Part shown: positions 47,651-58,920 of the stretch, in pieces
How positions within the stretch are numbered: position 1 is the stretch's first letter
Layout: every line of letters starts with the position of its first letter
From: Eledone cirrhosa
Lineage: Eukaryota
Direction of reading: 5' to 3'
DNA length: 64,000 bases
Assembly: GCA_964016885.1 (NCBI GenBank)
Contig: OZ024742.1
Coordinates: 357,492,001 to 357,556,000 of the forward strand
Made by a program: the position numbers and the translations under genes
The notes under the pieces: generated by a model
What the model was told of the DNA's origin: nothing
The model's input: the letters and a program-made list of their open reading frames with translations, nothing else
The model's database searches: none

Positions 47651-48276
47651 TTATATTTAGTAAATATCTTTGTCGATTCCTGGTCACACATGTAATTTAA
47701 AAAAATGTGCTATTATGGATAGAAATGAAATGCTTTGAATTATATTGTCATAATGTTTTATGTTGTAAGTTCAGTTGCAGAAAATGTTAATATGAACTGT
47801 CAGAAGGAAAAAGCCAAATGATGACAAACATTTATTAAAAAAATGACAGTCTTAGCTGTAAGGAAATCTTCCTGAAATGTTAAAAACAAAAGAAAAGATA
47901 AAGAAAAAGGATAAAACTTGCATGTATATATCCATTGCATTTGTATCTGTTTGGGTGTCATATAGAAAAATCTGAATAAAAATTAAAATGGCAGTTGTTA
48001 TAAGACAGAAATTCGTGATCTATTAGGACTAGATAGTTGCTGGTAAAATAAAATAAGATGGACTTCTTTCTTAAAATAACCTATCCTTTCTTCCATGATG
48101 CATTTTTTTTTTTAGTGGGTAGGAAGATATCTGAAGAAAAATGTTTGCAAAACTTTGTTCATTTTCAGTCATTACTTGATGACACGAACAAAACACATTT
48201 ATCAGTGTTATCGCAGTTTCTACTGATGAAATGAAACTATTTCATCCTACTTGTTCTCTTTTTGTTATCTTTTGCT

Positions 48277-48430
48277 TATATATATATATATATACATGTG
48301 TGTGTGTATATATACACAGATACATATATATATATATATGTACATATATATATATATATATACACGTATAAATATCCATATATATAATATATATTTGTGT
48401 GTGTGTGTGTCTGAATGTATACACATACAT
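48277..48430. repeat. Compound (TA)/(TG)/(CA) microsatellite
   Basis: Directly visible. Confidence 0.9.
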
Positions 48431-49580
48431 AAAGAGAGAGAAATGTTCTTGTATAGTTTGGAACAATCATGCAGATGTAGCTGTCAGTTTGAGATATTTC
48501 TAATCTCATGCAAAAAGAAAATTGGAGAGAGTTGAAGGGGAGAGGTTCTTTCATGGATCTAAATATTTTTTATTTCAAAGAACTTTTGCTAAAATAAATT
48601 TTAAAAAATAAATTGCTAAAGCAGAATCTAAATAAAAAAAACCCCCAAAATCTTTGTTATTTTCAAATATATGAGTACTTATATAGATTTGTGTATATTT
48701 TGTGTTTTCTATGGGAAGAAAATAAGAAATAAAGTAAAACTAGATATTTTTTGAAATGTTAATTCAAAATAAGGGAGAGAGTTTTTAGAACAAGCTTGAT
48801 ATTGTAATGGTATATTAAAAATATTAAAATACATTTTTTTCTAAATATCCTCAAATTTTGTCAGTTTTATTTTTTTTCTTTGGGGATTTCTCTTTTATTT
48901 TTACTTTGGGGATTTTTTTTTTCTTTCTTTTTTCTAATGTAAAAGAGAGATATAAAACAACACTTTTCTGGTATTGGAACTATATTTTTTGTCTCCAAAC
49001 TATTAAATTGACAATTGATTTCAATATGTAAATTGAATCCCAAATAAATGAAACATTAAAAATATCTGTAGGTACTAGAGCTCTAAGATTGCTTACAAAT
49101 GCTTTTTGTTGTTGTTGTTCCCTTCTCGTTTGTGTTTTATATATTTTCTTAGTTGAATACAATTCTGATTTCAGGTTAAAAACATTATCAGGATATACAG
49201 AACAACTTTCTTTTTCTTTTAAAGGTGTATGTACATTGCCAATTGAATTCATAGAGTATATTATTTAAACCTACATTTTGTGACCAAGGGAGGCTCATAG
49301 GTAAAGATTTGAATCTCAAGCAAAAAGAAGCAAAATCAAACAATGCATAACTATTTTTATCTAGACACAAGAGACTAAGCAGATCTACGATCAAAGATAT
49401 TCCAGTCATAAACATCCTCTATAAACAATGTGTACCCTGGAATATATTATCAATGTGTCCTCTGTTTACAAGTCAGTAATGAGTTATTTGAGGGGAATTT
49501 GTCAGTTATTTTTAGTAGGGTGGGGCTCCATTGTTATACATTTAACTTAAGTTGTAAGCCTAACATGCTGCCACCTTTAA

Positions 49581-49793
49581 CCCTTTAGCATTTAAACCGG
49601 CTGTATCCGGCCATCATTCTCTTTCTGTTTAAACCGGCCATAACTGGCCACTGATACTGATGTTAAGGTATTGTTCTCAAAATAAATAATATCAAAATCT
49701 CGTAGATTCAATATTATGTAAGATATCATGCGAGATAAAGCCTGTACTGTGAAAATAGAACAGTATATATAGAGTAATGTAAATGTTAAAGGG
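49581..49793. mobile_element. Non-autonomous piggyBac-type MITE (213 bp)
   Basis: TTAA on both sides (49577-80 and 49794-97). 14-bp TIRs CCCTTTAGCATTTA / TAAATGTTAAAGGG with 1 mismatch. Second copy at 41529-41738. Confidence 0.9.
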
Positions 49794-49984
49794 TTAACCC
49801 AACATCCTAATTTTGGGTGTTTTGAAGAATATCCTTTAGTGCTCCAAGGATTCAAATCAAATATTGGTTCTCCTGCCAGTCACAATTGTCCAAATGGATA
49901 CTGAGTTTCAGTTAATCAGTTTGGGCATCAGTAACATTAGTTCTTACCATCCTGTAATGTTTTAGCAAATAACTTCTAAGAGCA

Positions 49985-50580
49985 GCTTTGTTAATTCAAA
50001 TGTTTATAATATCTTTATTAGTAGACAGATCATTGTGAAAATTTGTAGTAAACTAAAATAATGACTTTTATTTTTAATGTGATACATCAATAGAGGTGTT
50101 TGTATTTTCAAGAATGTCTTGTTAATGTGGATTTTTAATTCCATTTTTTATTTTTTTAGTATTTTTAATTTGAGAATTTATAGTAAACTAGAATAAAGGC
50201 TTTCAATTTTTAAGACAATGCAGTCATATTGCTGTTAGTATTTTTCAAGAATGTCTAATATGCTTTTATGGGTTTGTTAATTCAGATGTTTATAGTATCT
50301 TTACTAGTAGACAGATCATTGTGAAAAATTGTAGCAAATTAAAATAAAGACTTTCATTTTCAATGTGATGCAGCTATAATGCTGTTTGTATTGTTCAAGA
50401 ATGTCTTACTAATGTAGTTTTACGAGTTTATTAATTGAGATGTTTATAATATATTTACTAGTAGACAGATCATTGTGTACATTTCTATCAAATTAAAATA
50501 AAGACTTTCATATTTAATGTGATGCAGCTATAATGTTGTTTATTGTTTTCAAGAATGTCTGGCTAATGTGGTTTTATATG
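49985..50580. repeat. Diverged ~153-bp tandem repeat, about 4 units (second unit shortened)
   Basis: gtagacagatcattgtg at 50021, 50308 and 50461. ttcaagaatgtct occurs four times. Confidence 0.85.
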
Positions 50581-51015
50581 ATAGAGGGCATTAAGTTTTA
50601 ATCTCACCAGTTTATATACGAGTGTAAAATTCATGAGCACTTCCTCTCCTCCATTAACTAACTGAAAGAAAGTTTGTGTAAGACACTACAACTTCTACAT
50701 CTTCATTCCATTTCATATAAAATATAAAATATTGAAATGATATTTCATGTTTTATTAGCATGAAACATTAAAAAAACAAACTTAGAAGGACATTGTCCTA
50801 TGGGATAACGGAATATTTCTGACCTCATTAAAACAAAAACATTGAAACCTTGCCAAATTAAAAATTTTATATTCAGCTAAAGCCAAAAGTTAATTTTTTT
50901 TCATGCAATAGTTGAATATATTGAGGTTGTCATTTTTTGTGGAAAATGAAATGTTTAATTATTTACATTGTTCATAATTTCACAAACACTTGCATATATA
51001 TACACATGCACACAC

Positions 51016-51017
<2 letters not shown>

Positions 51018-51076
<59 letters not shown>
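51018..51076. repeat. (TA)n microsatellite followed by a partial copy of the 43387 element
   Basis: Perfect TA run, then attgttatactttgggagggtcat. Confidence 0.9.
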
Positions 51077-51080
<4 letters not shown>

Positions 51081-51180
51081 ATACTTTGGGAGGGTCATGT
51101 TGCCAATAAGAAACGTATAACAATATCGGTTTCAACACACGATTTCAGATAAAGAATCTTGCTAAACAAATTCAGAAACG

Positions 51181-51220
<40 letters not shown>

Positions 51221-51404
51221 ATGCATGCATGGAAAAGCAGGCGCAAAAACGATGACGATGATATATATATATTTACATATATATTATATATACATATGCA
51301 AACGTCATCATCATCATCATTTAACGACTGCTTTCACTGCTAACAAGGATTGGATGCAAGGAAAGCAGACATTAAATGATGATGTATGTATGAATATGTA
51401 TCCA

Positions 51405-51565
51405 AACATCACCACCATCTCTCCAAAATGGCTCACTGAATACGCATATGTGTTTTTTCTCAATTTGTTTTTCCATTCCTTCCTCTTCTTACTCTCGATC
51501 TTTCTATTTCATCTTTATATCTAATTCTATCTTCTGATGAAGGATTAGTGTCCAAAACGTTAAGA
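51405..51565 (+). mobile_element. Probable Penelope-like 3' remnant ending in a mutated minimal hammerhead
   Basis: Frameshifted TISPNG-like end resembling a GIY-YIG C-terminus, a pyrimidine-rich spacer, then TCTT-CTGATGA-AGGA-TTAGTG-TCC-AAAA-CGTT-AAGA. Confidence 0.55.
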
Positions 51566-51572
51566 CTCTTTT

Positions 51573-51721
51573 CAGGTCAGTCACTACAACAGCACCATAT
51601 CAGGTATGTACGTCTCTTTGATCGTTTATGATTAACTTGTTCAATGTAAAAGAATCGGTTGAACATCAATGATCATCGAAATGTATATACCTGGTATGGT
51701 GCTGTTATAGTAACTGACCTG
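51573..51721. mobile_element. Hairpin MITE-like element, ~65-bp imperfect arms
   Basis: caggtcagtcactacaacagcaccatatcaggtatgtac pairs with gtatatacctggtatggtgctgttatagtaactgacctg. Confidence 0.8.
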
Positions 51722-51724
51722 GAT

Positions 51725-51970
51725 ATCATCACCGTTTTATGTCTGTCCTTCCACGCTAACATGGGTTAGATGGGTTGTCCTGTTGTGGGCAGTGTCCGGT
51801 CGGCTAACCTTGTCTTGCTCATACGGGAACTGATTCTGGCTTGATTTCTACAGCTGGATGCCCTTCCTTACACCAACCTCATTTACAGTGAGTGCTGGAT
51901 GCTTTTTTCTGTGGCGCCTACATGTCCACTTTACAGTGTGGGCTGGGTGCTTTTTTGCCATGGCACCTCT
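51725..51970 (-). mobile_element. RTE 3'UTR fragment (subfamily B)
   Basis: Reverse complement of the 42999-43230 and 58121-58360 sequence. Confidence 0.88.
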
Positions 51971-52171
51971 TGGCAAAAATAAAGGGAAGCAACTGACAAC
52001 TGTTTCTCGTTTGTTAACAGTTATCAAAATTGCTTATCCCTCCGCTTCTACTGAGACTTATCGGAGCTGGATTCTTATAGAATCCCAGTGATGTTTAAGA
52101 GCTGATTAAACAGAGCAGTTGCCAGTCCAGCAATAATTAGAAATTAGTATCAGTGCTCTGAAATAATAATA

Positions 52172-52292
52172 ATTGTTTCTATTTTAGGCACAAGGCCTGC
52201 AAATACCCAGTACATTACTGGTACTTTATTTTATCGACTTCGTAAGGATGAAAGGCAAAGTTAAACTTGGCTGGATTTGAACTCAGATCATA
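52172..52292 (-). mobile_element. SINE fragment (same family as 52545-52727)
   Basis: ctggtactttattttatcgac..gtaaggatgaaaggcaaag..ggatttgaactcag. Confidence 0.85.
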
Positions 52293-52440
52293 AATAATGA
52301 AATAATAATAATAGTATATTATCAAATATACTATACATACATACATCGCTATTTCAGAGCACTGATACTAATATATATATATATATATATATACATTTTC
52401 CTATTACCCACTCTACTACCCTATGTATTGAGTACTCTGG

Positions 52441-52538
52441 TGCGTTATGGTCCATTTAGTTCCTTACCACAACTCCTACGTTATATATATATATATAACG
52501 TAGGAGTTGTGGTAAGGAACTAAATGGACCATAACGCA
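52441..52538. repeat. Perfect 98-bp palindrome centred on (TA)n
   Basis: The 40-bp unique arms are exact reverse complements, and the centre TTATATATATATATATAA is self-complementary. Confidence 0.97.
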
Positions 52539-52544
52539 GTTATG

Positions 52545-52727
52545 GGCGGTGGATTGGCAGTATCGGTAGAGGGTCGGACGCCATGCTTTCCAGCATAGTT
52601 ACGTCCCTTTACGAACTGAGTTCAAATCCCGCCGAGGTTGACTTTGCCTTTCATCCTTACGGGGTCGATAAAATAAAGTACCAGTAATGCACTGGATAAT
52701 TGCTGGCCTTGTGCCTAAAGTAGAAAC
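52545..52727 (+). mobile_element. tRNA-derived SINE with a Meta-domain-like core
   Basis: A-box-like TGGCAGTATCGG, B box GAGTTCAAATCC at 52618-52629, core gcctttcatccttacggggtcgataaaataaagtaccag. Three copies in the window. Confidence 0.85.
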
Positions 52728-52729
52728 AG

Positions 52730-52770
<41 letters not shown>

Positions 52771-55700
52771 AATCAATATTCTGGTATGGCTGTTTCCTCG
52801 GTATAATGTAACGTTCAAATATTTTTCTCCATTCTAATCCATTAGTCCATTCATTTACTATTCTATATCATATTTTCACCATTCTCTATCATATTTTTTC
52901 TCTAAAATCATATTTTCTCTATCATCAAATTTTCTCTATCGTATTTTCTTAAACAAAACAAATCTTGTATTTTCGTTTATTGTTAAATTATGCCCAAAAT
53001 ACGGGGATCTTATCTTAAACCTTACCTTCTCGCTAACTACCCAACATCCCTCCCGCCCCCACACACCACCCTTATTACGTGGACCAATTATAAGTCAGAG
53101 GCCCATACTATCGCTTAACTGGTTGCTTTTCGATATGATGGATGGACTACGGAATTCTGGAGAGTTGAAGAGAGAAAAATCTGGACGCTCAGCGACAATG
53201 CCAAAGATAAAGACAATTTCACCTCGTGGACGAGAATGCAAGCACTCCTCCTTGTTTCGGCCGCGGATGGCTAACATAACCCCCCCCCCCCCCCCGCCCC
53301 ACCGCTCCCACCCTCCAAACGCAATCCAAATCTTCAAAGTTGGTACCATGAATGTAGGCACCTTAAAGGGTCGCTCTAACGAGGTTGTAGAAATGCTTGA
53401 ATGTAAGGAGGTCGATGTTTGTTGTATTCAAGAGACCAGGCAGAGGGGAGGGTCTGCTAGATTCATCGTGGGTAAAGAACCATGCTATAAGCTTTTCTGG
53501 GTGGGAAATGACAATGGGCTGGGTGGATAGGAATCATGGTAGCAGAAAAGTGGGTAGATAAGATAATAGACGTAAATAGAGTGAACGACAGAATAATTAA
53601 AATAAGACTTGTCCTCAATAGAACTACGGTGACAGTAATATCTGCGTACGCACCCAATCCGGACTGCCCGGCGCTATAAAAGACATATTCTATGAGACAC
53701 TGATGCTCGCTACCTCCCAAATAACCGACAGTGACTATATAATTATTGCAGGCGACCTAAATGGTCACGTTGGACAACATTGTGACGGCTATGACGGAAT
53801 CCATGGAGGCTATGGGTTCGGGACTAGAAATGAGGAAGGCTCCAGAATCCTGGAATTCTGTGACGCAAATAACCTAAATATCTGTAACACTAACTTCAAA
53901 AAACGAGACAATCACTTGATCACCTATAGATCGGGGGAATACACAAGCCAGATAGATTATATCCATACCAGAAGACGTGACAGAGTGTCTGTTGTTAACA
54001 CTAAATCCCTTCCCCATGAAGAATGCACCTCCCAACATGGAAGCTAAAGGACCCCATAGCCAGAAATAAATTTCAAAGCATATTACTTGATGCTTTCGAC
54101 AGTAAGGAAGAGCAATTAGAGTCGTATAATATAGAGGAACAGTGGAAATTCCTGAAAGCAAACCTGCTGACGGCGGCAGACGAAGTCTGTGGCTGTAGCA
54201 GGCCTGTAGGTAGGAGGAGAGTAACATGGTGGTGGAACAGTAAGGTGGAGGAGTCTATTAAGGCCAAAAAGCTGGCTTGGAAAGTATGGCGGGATGGGGA
54301 AGTAGAGAAGACTATCAAGTGGCCAGGAGGGAAGCTAGGAGACAAGTGTACTTCGCAAGAAGGGAAGCAGAGGAAAGAAAGTTCAACCATGTTCTACAAC
54401 GTGAGGACCAAAAACGTGAGGTGTTCAGGATTGCTAGGCAATGTGTCAAGGAAAACCGTGATATTGTTGGGGAGAAGTGTGTACTTAATGATGATGGCAT
54501 ACTTGCCATCACTGACGCTGATAAGAAAGTAGCTTGGAAGTGTCAATACGAAAGGCTTCTAAATGAGGAGAACAAATGGGAGAAAGACAGTCTCCCCCAC
54601 ATCGACCCAATAGAGGGACCAGCAGTGTTATTTGAAGGTAGTATAATAAGTAAGGCAATCAAAGATATGAAGACGGGTAAGGCGGCTGGACCTTCGGAAA
54701 TAGTTGCTGAGATGCTGAAAGCCTCTGGAACGGTGGGACACACCATGGTCACCCGGATAGTAAACCAAGTCATACAGAATGGGGTTGTTCCGAAGGACTG
54801 GCATAGCAGCATCATCACTAACTGTTACAATGGTAAAGGTGATGCCCTATATAGGTGTAACTATAGAGGCATTAAATTAATCGACCAGGTCATGAAGGTC
54901 ACGGAAAAAGTAATAGCGCAACTAATCAGAGAGAGAATTGATCTAGATGAAATGCAGTTCAGGTTTGTGTCAGGCAAAAGTACCACAGACGCTCTTTTCA
55001 TTGTACGACAACTACAGGAGAAGTACCTAGCTAAAAGTAAACCCCTATACTTAGCTTTTGTTGACTTGGAGAAAGCCTTCGACAGAGTCCCCCGTTCCAT
55101 TATTTGGTGGGCTCTTAGAAAACTAGGTGTTGACGAATGGCTTGTGAGAGCTATACAAGCCCAATTATAAAGAAACAGTCAGCAAGGTTAGAATTAACAA
55201 CGAATATAGTGAAGAGTTTAGCGTAAAAGTTGGTGTCCATCAGAGCTCTGTTCTTAGCCCCCTACTATTTATTATTGCCCTTCAGGCTATAACAGAGGAG
55301 TTCAAGACCGGCTGCCCATGGGAACTCCTATACGCTGATGATCTAACGCTCATAGCTGAATCAATGACCGAGCTAGAGAAGAAATTCCAAACATGGAAGC
55401 ACGGCCTAGAATCAAAAGGCCTTAAAATTAACCTGGCTAAGACTAAAGTTCTAGTTTGAGGAAAGAAAATAAGGCGGCGGTCCCTTCCGGGAAATGGCCA
55501 TGCTCAGTGTGTAGGAAAGGCGTAGGTAGAAACTCCATTTTATGTCCCAAATGCAAAGTATGGGTGCATAAAAGATGTAGTGGGATCACAGGTAAGCTAA
55601 CTAAGAACATAGATTTTACATGCGGCCGGTGCTCTGATGCAATAAGTAGCAGCAAGTGCCCACAAAATACTAGCTCTTTCAATTGCGCAAAGGGTTCTAT

Positions 55701-56654
55701 AGAAATAGTGGACAGCTTCCGTTACCTGGGTGACAAAATCAGCAGTGGGGGAGGGTGCTCTGAAAGTACAGTAGCTAGAGTCAGAACTGGATGTAAACAT
55801 TTCAGAGAGCTTATACCACTATTAGCCGCTAAAGGGTTCTCCCTAAAAATGAAAGGCAGGTTATATGTTGCCTGCATACGAACAGCAATGCTGCATGGCA
55901 GTGAGACCTGGGCATTGTGTTCAGAGGATATACTCAGACTAGAGAGGAACGAAGCTTGCATGCTCCGCTGGATGTGTAATAGTAATATACGTGAACGGCT
56001 AAGCATAAACAAACTCTTGAAAAAATTAGAAATAAGAGGGATCAGATGTTGTTTACTCGAGAGAAGGCTACGTTGGTATGGTCACGTGATGCGCATGAAA
56101 GACGACAGCTGTATAACAAAGTGAAGGGCAATAAAGATAGACGGTAGCCACGGAGTAGGCAGACCCAGAAAACCTGGGACGAGCTGATAAATTCCGACCT
56201 CACACGCTTACACCTCTCCAAGACAATGTCACTGGACCGAGACCTTTGGCGGTACTCAGTAATAGAGAAGACCCGCCTTACCTAAATACAAAGTAAAACC
56301 TACTACAGTCAGTAGGCATCTCTAAACCCCCCCCCCCCCATCCACACCGCCCCTTTCAACGTAAAGTTATGTTGGTGCCACAACATCCAGGCCGAAACAA
56401 ATGAGATCGTGTAGGTGTCACGACAAAAAACACACAGTCCACGCTGTAATGTGGCCGTGTAGGCAACACGGTAAAAACCTCCCAGACCCACACTGTAAAT
56501 GTGGTTGGTGTTAGGAAGGGCATCCAACTGTAGAAAACCCGCCAGACAGTCCTATGCAAGCAAGACAATCACTCTTGCCTCAAGTGGGAAAACCCCCGTC
56601 CAAACCCATGCAAGCGTGGAACACGGACGTTAAACGTTGATGATGATGATGATG
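52771..56654 (+). mobile_element. Near full-length RTE-clade LINE (subfamily C), inactivated, inserted in (TA)n
   Basis: Single APE-RT ORF, ~370-nt 3'UTR and (TGA)n tail. Candidate TSD ATATATACA at 52762-70 and 56655-63. The 5' boundary rests on that TSD. Confidence 0.93.
53135..56290 (+). pseudogene. RTE polyprotein: AP-like endonuclease, reverse transcriptase and PHD finger, with multiple frameshifts and stops
   Basis: EN motifs GTMNVGTL, CIQETR, SAYAP, AGDLNGHVG, SQIDY. RT motifs GKAAGP, NYRGIKL, FVDLEKAFDRV, GVHQSSVLSPLLF, YADD (55331-42), FRYLG, RRLRWYGHV. Breaks near 53525, 53677, 54038, 54295, 55160, 55455 and 56122. Confidence 0.95.
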
Positions 56655-56690
56655 ATATATACACCTGTAGAGTAAATATTTATAATAAGT

Positions 56691-56757
56691 ACAGATTTGA
56701 GTTTCTGAAGATCCCGTTAAGGTGAAAGCAGCGATTTTTGTTTAAACTTATATCTGT
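56691..56757 (+). ncRNA. Candidate type I hammerhead ribozyme
   Basis: Helix I ACAGAUUUGAGUUU/AAACUUAUAUCUGU, core CUGAAGA (56705-11), short helix II, GAAA (56724-27), helix III AGCAG/UUGUU, predicted cleavage after U56743. Confidence 0.6.
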
Positions 56758-57409
56758 TCTCATAGGAAATATACATATACATACACACACACAGAGGCAC
56801 ACACACACACACACACATACATGTATATATTTATATATATGTGTGTGTGTATGTATGTCTATATATACACATACCTGCAACCCTGATGGTATCCAATGAT
56901 GTTGAATTGTGCTTCTTTTTGGTAAATATCATCTTGGTTAAGAGAGTGGGACTGGCTTTGTACAGTGCCTTTGCTCACTATAAAAGCTTCACAGCACAGG
57001 CATTGCTTCATATCTGGAGATCTCTCTGCACTTGTCATCACATGATACCATGGGCCCAGCACTATGTGTCAATAATTGTCACAGGTGTAGTGTTTGTACC
57101 AGAGTTTTCAAGTCGCTGGCTGGACTAAAATGTCACATTCGTTCAGCGCATCAGTAGGGGTTCTCCTTCACGGATATAAAGTAGTGGCCGTACTCGAAAA
57201 CGAGTTGGCAGCCACCATATACACATATACACCAACTAAGAAATATCCCTATACAGCCCACTATCTGCTATATATATTAATCAGCATAAAAGAAAGTTCC
57301 ATCATGTTCTAACAAATATTTAAGTAACCTCTAATAATTATTTTTCCTGTCACTTCTATAGTTTCTCATCTTCACAGTTCATCTCTTTAATATGTTTGTC
57401 TTAATTTAA

Positions 57410-57655
57410 TTCTCTCTTCTTTCTCTCTTTTCTTCTTTCTTTCTCTCTTTCTTTCCTTCATTCTTTCTTTCTCTCTTTTATTATTTCCTTCCTTCTTTCT
57501 TTCTTTCCTTGTTTTTTTCCCTTCTATCTTTCTTATTTCTCTCTTTCTCTCTTTCTTTCTCTCCTTCTTTATATGTCTCTTTTCTTCTTTCTTTCTTTCC
57601 TTGTCTTTCTTTCATTCTCTCCTCCTTCCTTCCTCTCTCTCCCTCCCTCTCTATA
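57410..57655. repeat. Polypyrimidine (TTTC/CT) low-complexity tract
   Basis: Directly visible. Confidence 0.9.
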
Positions 57656-57896
57656 TATTCTGTGTGTGGTGTACTCAGTTTTCTGTCTTCCATTGTTTAT
57701 CTCTTTACAAAGTATTTTATAATCTCTGTATTAGTTAACATCGATCTATTGTCAGAATCAATGGTCTAAACCAACATGTCACTTGGTAGTCTTTATTGTC
57801 TTTTTTTATATTTTTACCTCACTTTCCCTAAAGCAAAAAATATTGGCTCATGACAATATCATATTAGCTTGCTATACTGATGAAAATGATGATGAT

Positions 57897-58377
<481 letters not shown>

Positions 58378-58425
58378 TATATATATATATTTATGTATAA
58401 ACACACGCACATACATATAGTATGT

Positions 58426-58515
<90 letters not shown>

Positions 58516-58920
58516 CAGTGTATGCATATCTGTATCTATACATATACATATACATATATGTGTGCATACATACACTCACATGTATATATGTATGCATACA
58601 TACACACACTCACATATACATATATATATACATGCGTATATATATATAGATATATATATACATGTGTATATATCTATATATATCTATATATATATATATA
58701 TATATATACAATATGTGTAAATATATGTATACATGTATATACACACATACATATATGGGGGAATGCATATGTGTATCTATACATTTGCATGCATACAGAT
58801 ATGTGTGCACATATATATATATATACCTAAATATACACACATATGTGTGTATGTGTGTGTATGCTGGTATGTATGTGTGTGTATACTGGTATGTATGTGT
58901 TTGTATGCAAGTATCTATGT
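58378..58920. repeat. Compound TA/CA/TG microsatellite region
   Basis: Directly visible. Confidence 0.9.

Noticed and set aside
48214-48247. CTGATGA...GAAAC hammerhead-like string
   Set aside because: Only 3 nt between the core segments, so no helix II, and no helix I in register.
48980-49415. Short minus-strand ORFs and a plus-strand acceptor-like site near 49224
   Set aside because: No recognisable motifs, and all three plus frames stop shortly after the acceptor.
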